Positions 1 through 8,231 of a stretch of 62,314 nt of DNA are shown here, in pieces. Within the stretch, counting starts at the first letter, position 1; each line of letters opens with the position of its first letter. The stretch covers positions 1-62,314 of the forward strand of contig JBGPDL010000006.1 in assembly GCA_041482275.1 (NCBI GenBank), in the 5' to 3' direction. The notes beneath the pieces were generated by a model. That model did not search any database. It worked only from the letters and a program-made list of their open reading frames with translations, and was not told the DNA's origin. This stretch comes from Gemmatimonadota bacterium. GTDB taxonomy: Bacteria; Gemmatimonadota; Gemmatimonadetes; Gemmatimonadales; GWC2-71-9. A program made the translations under genes and the position numbers.

Positions 1-807
1 AAGCAGCGTCCGCAGCCCGTCGACCCGCTCGCGGTCGCCAGCGCCGTTGGGAGCCCGGGGGACGAGCTGCCAGTACGCCCGGGTGGCCACGTGTCCGGTG
101 GCGGCATCCACCGTGAGGCAGTGAGCCGGCGGCAGCGCCTTGACCGCCCGCAGCAGCGTGCGCTCGCCATAGTCGCAGTTGGCGTGGGCCAGGAACGCGA
201 CGACCGCCTCGTCGTCCGGAGTGGCGTCGATGCCGGGGAAGGCAAGCAGCGCCTTGATCTCCGACGCGAACACGAACGCGCCGGCGGGCGTCCCGTAATA
301 GAAGGGCTTGATGCCCAGCCGATCGCGCGCGCAGAACAGCCGTCCGTGCGCGCCGTCCCAGATGGCGAAGGCGAACATCCCGTCGAGGTGGGCGAGACAC
401 CCCTCACCCCACTGGCGGTAGGCCTGCAGCAGCACTTCCGTGTCGGTCCGTGTCGTGAACTCGTAGCCGAGCGCCTCCAGCTGCGCCCGCAACTCTCGAT
501 GATTGTAGATCTCCCCGTTGAATACGATCCATTGCGGGGAAGCGCACGCCGTCATCGGCTGCGCGCCGCGGGGGGAGAGGTCGAGGATGGCCAGCCGGCG
601 GTGTCCCAGCCCGACGGTGATCGGAGTGGCGCCGTCCCAGTGCGTGGTGTGCGGCACGACGGCGTGATGGAACTGGCCCCCGCTCAACCACCCGAGCAGG
701 AACCCCTCGCCATCCGGTCCACGGTGCGCCTGCAGGTCGTTCATGCGCTGCAGAACCGCGACGTCGATCGGGCGGCCGAGACCGATCGCGCCTACAATCC
801 CGCACAT
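1..807 (-). CDS. asnB: Asparagine synthase (glutamine-hydrolysing), 3' end outside window
   Basis: ATG at 807 reads MCGIVGAIG (N-terminal Cys of Ntn amidotransferase), with HRGPD, LGHRRLAILDL, FNGEIYN and ARDRLGIKP motifs; SD GAGGAG upstream. Not in the ORF track because it runs off the edge. Confidence 0.93.
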   Translation of the reverse strand, partial: MCGIVGAIGLGRPIDVAVLQRMNDLQAHRGPDGEGFLLGWLSGGQFHHAVVPHTTHWDGATPITVGLGHRRLAILDLSPRGAQPMTACASPQWIVFNGEIYNHRELRAQLEALGYEFTTRTDTEVLLQAYRQWGEGCLAHLDGMFAFAIWDGAHGRLFCARDRLGIKPFYYGTPAGAFVFASEIKALLAFPGIDATPDDEAVVAFLAHANCDYGERTLLRAVKALPPAHCLTVDAATGHVATRAYWQLVPRAPNGAGDRERVDGLRTLL

Positions 808-857
808 CGGACCTGCTCCTCGTGGCTGAGCGTGCGCATTTTAGTAATCCGCATCAC

Positions 858-873
858 TCAAGAAGCATGCCGG
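858..873 (-). promoter_or_regulatory. Possible sigma-54 -24/-12 promoter for asnB
   Basis: Minus strand CCGGCATGCTTCTTGA (GG-N10-GA; -12 element deviates from GC); TGT-N12-ACA palindrome at 995-1012. Confidence 0.3.
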
Positions 874-1044
874 ATGCTGGCACCCCCGGGTGGGCGCCGC
901 TCGCGTAACTCTCTATCTCACAACGGTATACTGCTTACTCCTTCGGGTGGCCCAATCGTCTAGTCCTGCAGCGCAAGGCCGAGGGGGGCAAAACTGTAGC
1001 AGCCGAGTTACAAGCCCGCGGCCGTCCGGCCGCTCCAGAAGCGA

Positions 1045-1076
1045 CGCGGGCGCCGGCTGGAATGCCGGCGCCCGCG
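1045..1076 (-). terminator. Stem-loop after the Ig-repeat gene pair
   Basis: Perfect 13-bp inverted repeat CGCGGGCGCCGGC-6 nt-GCCGGCGCCCGCG about 30 nt past the stop at 1106; weak U-tail. Confidence 0.6.
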
Positions 1077-1105
1077 AGAGAACCGCGCTCAACCGCTCGG
1101 GTCGC

Positions 1106-3607
1106 TCAATGGAACTCGAGGGCTCCGATGTCGTAGCCCGCCCCCTGCGGCCGAATGATGCCGAGGAAGTCGTTCAGCACCATCGACAGAATGGCGCCGG
1201 CGTCGATGGCCGGGCTCCCGGCCTGGAGCCGGAAGTCGAGTGCCGACGGGTTCACGAACTTCGGGTCGGTATTCTCGATGTTCGAGCCCGTCCCACCCCC
1301 GCCGACCGTCCCCGTGCTGAGGTTGTGGTCGATGTGGGCGCCACTCGACGTGCCCGAAATGCCGACGTTCTGGCCCGGCAGGTAGAAGATGTTGTTCTGG
1401 ATGTACAGGTTCGTCGTCGTCGCCGCGAGAATGATCTGGCCGTCGCGGTTCGGGTTCGGGAACGCGAACGTGTTGTTCACGATGTACAGCTGGTCCACGG
1501 TCGAGCCGTAGCGCTGGATCCCCCAGCCGCGCGTGATGTTGTAGAACACGTTGTTCCGGATGATGACGTTCGTGCCGCGGCCGTTGTAGACGCCGTGGTC
1601 GTGATTCATCCAGTAGTCGTTGCCCGGCTGGCAACCGTTCTCGCCGGCAGCGAACCGCCCGATGTCGTGCACCCAGTTGCCTTCGATGATCAGGTTGTCG
1701 CTGTACGCGTCGATGGCCGACAACCCGATGCCGCTCGATTCGCAGTACCGGCCCACGTCGTGAATGTTGTTCCCGGCGATCTCGATGTCGTGGGTGCTGG
1801 TGCTCGGGTCCACGCCGTAGTGGTTCGAGCCCTTCACCTCGAACCCCTCGACGCGCACGTAATTGGCACTGATTTCGACGACGGTGCCGGAGTAGTTGTT
1901 CTGCCCGTCGAGCACCGCTCCCCACTTGTTCTGCGACTTGAACACGACCAGGTTGCCCGCGGAGCCACCCCGTCCGATGGACACGACGGCGCTGCTGCTA
2001 CCGGTGTAGACCCCGTTCCGCACGATCACCATGTCGCCCGGGTTCACGACGTCGGCGGCGTGCTGCACGGTCTGGAACGGCCGCGCGCTGTCGCCCGGAT
2101 TGCCGTCGTTGCCGGCCGCGACGTCCACGTAGTAGCACCGGCCTCCACCCGTGGGCGCGCACCCCGCCGGCGGCGGCGGCGTGCCGACCGCGATCATCGC
2201 GGTCCCGGTCTTGCCTTCCGACGTGGCGGTGATCATCGCCGTGCCGGTCGCCACCCCGCTTACGAGCCCGCTCGAGCTCACCGTCGCCGCCGCGTTGCTG
2301 TTGCTCACCCACGTCACCGTGCGCCCGGTCAATGTGTTGCCGTTCGCATCCTTGGTGGTCGCGGTGAGCTGCACGGTTTGCCCTGGCTGCACCGCCGCCG
2401 CCGCCGGGGACACCGTCACCGACGCGACGGGTGCCGCGGTCACCGTAATGGTCGCGGTGCCGCTCTTCCCTTCGCTCGTGGCCGTGACCGTGGCCGTGCC
2501 TGCGCCCCGCGCCGTGATGAGCCCACTGCCGTTCACCTTCGCGATCGTCGTATCACTCGAAGACCACGTGACGACGCGCCCCGTTAGGGGATTGCCGTTG
2601 GCATCCCGGGGCGTCGCCGTGAGCTGCACCGTCTGACCAACCTGAATGCTCGCGGACGCCGGGCTCACCGTCACCGACGCCACCGGGACAAAGGTCACTG
2701 TCACGGTGGCCGTGCCGCTCTGCCCCTCACTCGTGGCCGTGACCGTGGCCGAGCCACCGGCGCGCGCCGTGACCAGCCCACTGCCGTTCACCTTGGCGAT
2801 CGTGGTGTCGCTCGAGGACCATGTGATCACTCGACCCGACAGCGAATTGCCGTTCGCGTCCTTCGGCGTCGCGCTGAGCTGCGCCGTCTGGCCCGTCAGC
2901 AGGCTGGCGGAGGCGGGGCTCACCGTGACCGACGCGACCGGCACGTTCGAGACCGTGATCGTCGCTGTCCCGCTCTGCCCCTCGCTCGTCGCGGTGATCG
3001 TGGCCGAGCCGGTCCCGGTGCCTCTCACGAGCCCGTTGCCGTCGACGGTCACGGCCGCGGTGTTGTTGCTGGCCCACGTGACGGTCCGACCCGTCAGCGC
3101 GTTGCCAGCCGAATCGGTCGTCGTCGCCTGCAGCTGCGCCGTCGCGCCCACCAGGATCGTCGCCGCCGTCGGCGCCACGCTCACCGCGGATACCGGCATC
3201 AGCGTCACCGTGACGGTCGCAGTGTCCGACAGGCCGCCCGGATTGCTGGTCGCGACGACCCGGAATTGGCCGGTGGTCGACCCGGCCTTGTAGTGACCGT
3301 AATGGCGCTTGCCGTTGCTGCTCGTGTCGGTGATGCTGCCGCTCGTCACGCTCCAGCTCACCGTGACGCTCGCGGAGTCGCCTGTGCTCATGAACGCGAC
3401 GGCCGTGAAGTCGGCGGTCGCGTTTTGGCGCAGCGTGAGAGTCTTGGGAGAGACGAGCAGGTTGGCAACCGTTCCGCCTGGGTCGGTGACGCGGAGCGGC
3501 ATCTCGCACGCGACGATCGCCGCCGTGACGAGCACCGCCAGGGAAGCTACGACGACTCGGTCCTTCAACAGGGCCAGTCGGCACGACAGCTTGTGCTTGA
3601 ACGTCAT
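1106..3607 (-). CDS. Predicted lipoprotein with Ig-like (Big_2-type) repeats and a C-terminal right-handed beta-helix (pectin-lyase-like) domain
   Basis: Start moved to ATG 3607 (MTFKHKLSCRLALLKDR; GGAG SD); lipobox-like IVAC; one divergent plus four ~81-aa PVASVTVSP...TATSEG repeats; YYVD..GNDGNPG motif, beta-helix repeats, C-terminal GSPAIDAG...DIGALEF. Confidence 0.88.
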   Translation of the reverse strand: MTFKHKLSCRLALLKDRVVVASLAVLVTAAIVACEMPLRVTDPGGTVANLLVSPKTLTLRQNATADFTAVAFMSTGDSASVTVSWSVTSGSITDTSSNGKRHYGHYKAGSTTGQFRVVATSNPGGLSDTATVTVTLMPVSAVSVAPTAATILVGATAQLQATTTDSAGNALTGRTVTWASNNTAAVTVDGNGLVRGTGTGSATITATSEGQSGTATITVSNVPVASVTVSPASASLLTGQTAQLSATPKDANGNSLSGRVITWSSSDTTIAKVNGSGLVTARAGGSATVTATSEGQSGTATVTVTFVPVASVTVSPASASIQVGQTVQLTATPRDANGNPLTGRVVTWSSSDTTIAKVNGSGLITARGAGTATVTATSEGKSGTATITVTAAPVASVTVSPAAAAVQPGQTVQLTATTKDANGNTLTGRTVTWVSNSNAAATVSSSGLVSGVATGTAMITATSEGKTGTAMIAVGTPPPPAGCAPTGGGRCYYVDVAAGNDGNPGDSARPFQTVQHAADVVNPGDMVIVRNGVYTGSSSAVVSIGRGGSAGNLVVFKSQNKWGAVLDGQNNYSGTVVEISANYVRVEGFEVKGSNHYGVDPSTSTHDIEIAGNNIHDVGRYCESSGIGLSAIDAYSDNLIIEGNWVHDIGRFAAGENGCQPGNDYWMNHDHGVYNGRGTNVIIRNNVFYNITRGWGIQRYGSTVDQLYIVNNTFAFPNPNRDGQIILAATTTNLYIQNNIFYLPGQNVGISGTSSGAHIDHNLSTGTVGGGGTGSNIENTDPKFVNPSALDFRLQAGSPAIDAGAILSMVLNDFLGIIRPQGAGYDIGALEFH

Positions 3608-3636
3608 GGGTCTCGCTCCATGGTATGTGGTGCGCC

Positions 3637-6126
3637 TCAGGGCGTGAAGAATTCGCTCATGTCGGGCGCCGTCGCCGCAGCCCCCGGGAAGACCGTCACA
3701 CCGAGCCCCTTCAGAATGAGCCGCAGCGTGCTCTGGTGCTGGTACACGGTGGTCGACTGGTAGCCCGGCTTCGACTTCGGGCTCACGGCGACCCACGCGA
3801 CGCGTCCGCCGCCATTGGTGTTATCACCGCCCGCCTCGTCGAACACGATGATCAACAGCCCGTCCTGCTGGAACACCGGGCTGGCGAGCAGCGGCGCGAG
3901 GTTGGTCTGCAACCAGCTGTCGGCCACATCGAGGCCGCAGTCGTGCGCGTCGTTGCACAGATTGGGCACGATATTCGAGAACGCCGGCAGCGTACCGTTC
4001 GCCAGGTCGGTCGCGAACTGGGTGAACGGGACGTTGTTGCACCCCTGCCCGGTCGGGTCGTTGGCCACGTCCGAGAGCAAGGGAAAGACGTTGTGCTTGC
4101 GCGCATAGTCTCCCGTGTCCCCGCCGAGGTAGCACGCGTTCGGAATGCTCTCCGCGTACGACTTCCACGTCTTCCCCGCGGCCACCAGGCTGCGCACGAT
4201 GTTCGGCACGTTCTCGATCGTCGACGAGCCATCGTCGTTCGTGAGAATTTGGCCCGTGGCCAGCTCGAAGTAGTTCCCGATCGATGGGTGCGTATTGGCG
4301 TAGTACTGCGTCGCCAGCCCGTACTGCTGGGCCAGGCCGTTCAGATACGGCATCGACGAGTTGCCGATGACGTCCACGTAATCGGTGTTCTCCTCCGTCA
4401 CCACGAAGACGTGTCCGAACTGGGAACCGCCGCCGGTCGACGGGGTGACGGTCACCGACGCGGTGCCGCTCTTGCCCTCGCTCGTCGCCGTGATCGTCAC
4501 CGGGCCGCCCGCGGCAACGCCCCGCACGAGCCCGCTGCCGTTCACCGTGGCGACCGTTCCATCGCTCGACGACCAGGTGATCACCCGGCCGGACAGCGGA
4601 TTGCCGTTCGCATCCTTGGGGGTCGCGGTGAGCTGCAACGTGCTCCCCACCGCCACGCTCCCCGACGCCGGCGCCACCGTGACCGACGCGACCGGCACGG
4701 GCGTGACGGTGATGGACGACGTGCCGCTCTTCCCTTCGCTCGTGGCCGTGATCGTCGCCGAGCCCGCCACTTTCGCGGTCACGAGTCCGCTGCTGTTGAC
4801 GCTGGCGACCGTCGTGCTGTTGCTGGACCACGTCACCGTCCGGCCCGTCAGCACGTTGCCGTTGGCGTCCTTGAGCGTCGCGGTCAGCTGTACCGTCTGC
4901 CCCGCCTGCACGCTCGCTGACGCCGGGCTCACCGTCACCGAGGCGACCGGCACGCCCGTCACCGTGATGCTCGCGCTGCCGCTCTTGCCTTCGCTCGTGG
5001 CCGTGATCGTGGCGGATCCGACGGCCACCGCCGTCACGAGCCCGCTGCCGTCCACCGTCGCCGCGGACGTATTGTTGCTCGACCAGGTCACCACCCGGCC
5101 GGACAGCGGATTGCCGTTCGCGTCCTTCGGGGTGGCGGCGAGCTGCACCGTCTGACCGGTCACCACGCTCGCCGCGGCCGGGGTCACCGTGACCGAGGCC
5201 ACCGGGGCGTTGGCGACCGTGACGCTGGCCGTCCCGCTCTGACCCTCGCTGGTCGCCGTGATGGTGACGGGACCGCCCGCGGCCACGCCGGTCACGAGCC
5301 CGCTCGAGCTCACGCTGGCAAGGGATGTGTTGCTGCTGGACCAGGTCACCGTGCGACCGATCAACGGATTGCCGCTGGCATCCTTGGGCGTCGCGGTGAG
5401 CTGCGCCCGCTGACCCACCAGGAGGCTCGCCGACGTCGGGCTCACCGTGACCGACGACACCGGGACGTTGGAGACCGTGATGCTTGCGGTCCCACTCTGC
5501 CCTTCACTCATCGCCGTGATGGTCGCCGAGCCAGGGCCCGCGGCGGTCACCAACCCGCTGCCGCCGACCGTGGCCGCGGAGGCGTTGTCGCTGGACCACG
5601 TCACCGTCCGGCCGGTCAGCACGTTGCCGTTCGCGTCCCGCAGCGTCGCCGTCAGCTGGACCGTCTGCCCCACCAGGATATTGGGCGACGCCGGGCTTAC
5701 GCTCACCGACGCGACGGGGACGGAGCAGGCCACGCTGATGCTGGCCGAATCGGACAGGCTCCCGGGCTGACTCGTGGCCTTCAGGCTGAATTGTCCGCAG
5801 CTCGCGTTGTGGTAGTGGCCGTAGTGGCGACCGCCCGCGGAATTGGTGTCGACGGCGCCGCCCGTGGCGCTCCAGGTCACGGCGATCTGCGCCGTATCGC
5901 CGGCGGCGGTGAAGCCGACGGCCGTGAAGTCCTGGACCTGGTTGGGTTGTAGCGTGACTGCGCTGGGAGAAACGACGAGTTGGGCGACCGTCGGGTTCGG
6001 CTCGTTGATGTTGATCGGCTTCTCGCAGCTCGCGACGAACGTGAGCGGGAGCGCGAGCAGCGCGCCGCGGAGCAGACGGTCTTTGAGAAGGGCCAGACGG
6101 TGCGCCAGCTTGTGTAGGAACGTCAC
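3637..6126 (-). CDS. Predicted lipoprotein with Ig-like (Big_2-type) repeats and a C-terminal phosphoesterase (acid phosphatase-like) domain
   Basis: Start moved to GTG 6126 (GGAGG SD; MTFLHKLAHRLALLKDR); lipobox-like VASC; one divergent plus five Ig repeats; HVFVVTEEN, THPS, YARKHN and NDAHD motifs. Confidence 0.88.
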   Translation of the reverse strand: MTFLHKLAHRLALLKDRLLRGALLALPLTFVASCEKPININEPNPTVAQLVVSPSAVTLQPNQVQDFTAVGFTAAGDTAQIAVTWSATGGAVDTNSAGGRHYGHYHNASCGQFSLKATSQPGSLSDSASISVACSVPVASVSVSPASPNILVGQTVQLTATLRDANGNVLTGRTVTWSSDNASAATVGGSGLVTAAGPGSATITAMSEGQSGTASITVSNVPVSSVTVSPTSASLLVGQRAQLTATPKDASGNPLIGRTVTWSSSNTSLASVSSSGLVTGVAAGGPVTITATSEGQSGTASVTVANAPVASVTVTPAAASVVTGQTVQLAATPKDANGNPLSGRVVTWSSNNTSAATVDGSGLVTAVAVGSATITATSEGKSGSASITVTGVPVASVTVSPASASVQAGQTVQLTATLKDANGNVLTGRTVTWSSNSTTVASVNSSGLVTAKVAGSATITATSEGKSGTSSITVTPVPVASVTVAPASGSVAVGSTLQLTATPKDANGNPLSGRVITWSSSDGTVATVNGSGLVRGVAAGGPVTITATSEGKSGTASVTVTPSTGGGSQFGHVFVVTEENTDYVDVIGNSSMPYLNGLAQQYGLATQYYANTHPSIGNYFELATGQILTNDDGSSTIENVPNIVRSLVAAGKTWKSYAESIPNACYLGGDTGDYARKHNVFPLLSDVANDPTGQGCNNVPFTQFATDLANGTLPAFSNIVPNLCNDAHDCGLDVADSWLQTNLAPLLASPVFQQDGLLIIVFDEAGGDNTNGGGRVAWVAVSPKSKPGYQSTTVYQHQSTLRLILKGLGVTVFPGAAATAPDMSEFFTP

Positions 6127-6144
6127 GGCACGCCTCCACGGGCT

Positions 6145-6194
6145 AGAAACGAACGGGCCGCCAACGTCGACCCTCGTCGATCGCTGGCGGCCCG
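6145..6194 (-). terminator. Intrinsic terminator forming the riboswitch expression platform
   Basis: Transcript CGGGCCGCCAGCG-AUCGACGAGGGUCGA-CGUUGGCGGCCCG then UUCGUUUCU; its 5' arm is the aptamer's 3' strand. Confidence 0.75.
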
Positions 6195-6269
6195 GCTGGC
6201 GTGGCGGCGAACCGCCGTAGCCCCGTAGCTCTGCGTCACCGCCTTTCGGCGGTTTTGCTCTGAGCAGCG
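6182..6269 (-). ncRNA. GEMM-I (c-di-GMP-I class) riboswitch aptamer, A20 variant (candidate c-AMP-GMP sensor)
   Basis: P1 CGCUG/CAGCG; junction CUCAGA; P2 GC-AAA-ACCGCC-GAAA-GGCGGU-GAC-GC; P3 with receptor-like GCUACG...CACGC and UUCG loop; 56 nt upstream of the start codon. Confidence 0.92.
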
Positions 6270-6366
6270 TGCTCTCGGGTGGCAACCTACCCACCACCTC
6301 GCAAGCACGGCGGTGACCTACGTCACTCCATCTCGCCTACACGGGCATGTAGTGCGCGCGCAACAC

Positions 6367-7698
6367 TTACGGGTCGATGTCGACACCGACCCCGTCGCGC
6401 CGCAACCTGCCCAGCAGCCACGCCTGGACGCGCGCGGTCACTTGCACCATGCCGTCAACCTGCGTCTCTGCCAGCACTTCCGCGTCGCGATGCAGTGACG
6501 CCAGCAGCTTGCCGTCGCCCAGTGGAACATGGATCCGGGCGATCGGTCGGAGCGCCAGAGCAGAGGTCCGCAGGACGAAGCGTAGTCCTTCCACACCACC
6601 GGATTGCAGAGTGCGGGATGCGGAATGCGGAATGGACGCGGTCAGCACTGCGTGGGGGAATCGCTCCCGCACCTGGGCGAGGAACGCCTCAGGCTCCGGC
6701 AGCAAATCCGCCTTGTTGAACACATGCACGGTCCGTTGTCGCTCTCCGAGATCGGCCTCGCCCTTCCGCATTTCCGTAATTGTCTCCTCCACCACCTCCG
6801 CCTGCTGCTCCCAGCCGGGGTGCGCCGCGTCGATCACGTGGAGCAACAGGTCCGCCGCGCGTGCTTCCTCTAGGGTGGCGCGGAACGAGGCGACGAGATG
6901 ATGGGGCAGCTTACGGATGAAGCCCACCGTGTCGGTCACGCGGAAGCGGTACCCCCCCCCGACGTCCACCTCGCGGGTGAGCGTGTCGAGCGTGGCGAAC
7001 AGGCGATCCTCCACGAAAATGTCGCCGCCCGACAGCGCACGCAGCAGACTGGACTTGCCGGCGTTGGTGTACCCGACGAGCGCGGCACTCGGCAGGTCGC
7101 GGCGGCCCTGGCGCTGGTTGGCGCGATGGTCGGCGACATCCTCGAGGCGTTTCTTCAACACGGATATCTTGCGGCGGATCGCCCGGCGGTCGGTCTCGAG
7201 CTGCGTCTCACCCGGGCCCCGGAGCCCGATGCCGCCGCGGATGCGCGACAGGTGGGTCCACATGCGCGTGAGGCGCGGCAGCAGGTACTCGAGCTGCGCC
7301 AACTCGACCTGCATTTTCGCTTCGGCGGAGCGCGCGCGCGTCGCGAAGATGTCGAGAATCAGCTCGGTGCGGTCCATCACTCGCACCTCCAGCCCCTTCT
7401 CGAGATTGCTGCCCTGAACGGGCGAGAGCGGTTCGTCGAACAGCAGCAGCGTCGAGCGGGATTCCTGGAGAAGGCCCTTGAGCTCCTCCACCTTCCCCTG
7501 CCCGAGATACAGCTTGGGCGTGGGCGCATCGACCCGCTGCTGCGTCCGGCCGACGACCTCGGCACCCGCGGTGTCGGCGAGCCGGGCGAGCTCGTCCAGG
7601 TGCTCCCCCACCTGCGCCGCGTCCGCCGATCCCTTGCGCGGGGCGCCGACCAGAAACGCCCGCTCGACCGGAACCTGGATGTCAATGAGTTGTCGGAT
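6367..7698 (-). CDS. hflX: GTPase HflX (probable ATC start)
   Basis: DRTELILDIF, QVELAQL, GPGETQLE, GYTNAGKS, LFATLD, DTVGFI and NKAD motifs; conserved ERAFLV lies upstream of the first GTG (7611); GAGGAGG 8 nt before in-frame ATC 7698. Confidence 0.93.
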   Translation of the reverse strand: MRQLIDIQVPVERAFLVGAPRKGSADAAQVGEHLDELARLADTAGAEVVGRTQQRVDAPTPKLYLGQGKVEELKGLLQESRSTLLLFDEPLSPVQGSNLEKGLEVRVMDRTELILDIFATRARSAEAKMQVELAQLEYLLPRLTRMWTHLSRIRGGIGLRGPGETQLETDRRAIRRKISVLKKRLEDVADHRANQRQGRRDLPSAALVGYTNAGKSSLLRALSGGDIFVEDRLFATLDTLTREVDVGGGYRFRVTDTVGFIRKLPHHLVASFRATLEEARAADLLLHVIDAAHPGWEQQAEVVEETITEMRKGEADLGERQRTVHVFNKADLLPEPEAFLAQVRERFPHAVLTASIPHSASRTLQSGGVEGLRFVLRTSALALRPIARIHVPLGDGKLLASLHRDAEVLAETQVDGMVQVTARVQAWLLGRLRRDGVGVDIDP

Positions 7699-7757
7699 GC
7701 CCGCGACCTCCTCGACCGGAATCTAACAGCGCACGGAGCACAGCGCGGTCCGCACGC

Positions 7758-8231
7758 TCACTTGAGCACCTTGCTGAGCGGCACGTTGCCCCGACCCGTG
7801 AGCGTCACCGTCTTGTCTCCCAGCGGCGTCTCGAGGAATACGCGGCCGGTGAGGCCGTAGGCCACCGCCTGGCGCGTGAGCAGCGCCTTGGCTCCGGCTC
7901 CCACGCCCGCCCATTCGAAGCGGACGGGCAGAACCACGCGGCTGTGGTTGGTGGGCGACAGGTCGAGCGGACGGTCGAGCAGCGCGTCGCCGAAGTGCGT
8001 GCCTTCGAGGTCGATCCCGATCTCGAGCCGGGTCGAGCGGATGCGATAGTCGTTCGGGTTCCATACATCGAACACGAGATCGAAGGTGCCGCCGGTGAGG
8101 CCGATGCCGGTGACGTCGATCTCCTGCAGCTCGAGCGCGGGCTCCTTGAACGCGAGCCGGCCGAGGGTGGCGCAGGCGAACGACAGGGCGGCAAGGGGCG
8201 GCAGAAGGCGGTAGAGGGTGGCAGAGGTCAT
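7758..8231 (-). CDS. LEA type 2 (WHy) family lipoprotein
   Basis: ATG 8231 overlaps the rarA stop (ATGA); signal ending FAC; VWNPN motif. Confidence 0.8.
   Translation of the reverse strand: MTSATLYRLLPPLAALSFACATLGRLAFKEPALELQEIDVTGIGLTGGTFDLVFDVWNPNDYRIRSTRLEIGIDLEGTHFGDALLDRPLDLSPTNHSRVVLPVRFEWAGVGAGAKALLTRQAVAYGLTGRVFLETPLGDKTVTLTGRGNVPLSKVLK

Noticed and set aside
2190-5720. Regular repeats as a possible CRISPR array
   Set aside because: Period of about 245 bp, in frame, encoding Ig-like domains; no spacers or cas genes.
6127-6297. N-terminal extension of the 886-aa ORF
   Set aside because: The region is the riboswitch leader; SD and paralogue alignment put the start at 6126.
6367-7611. 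hflX as a 5'-truncated pseudogene
   Set aside because: The frame is open and conserved upstream, with a strong SD; a rare start codon explains it better.
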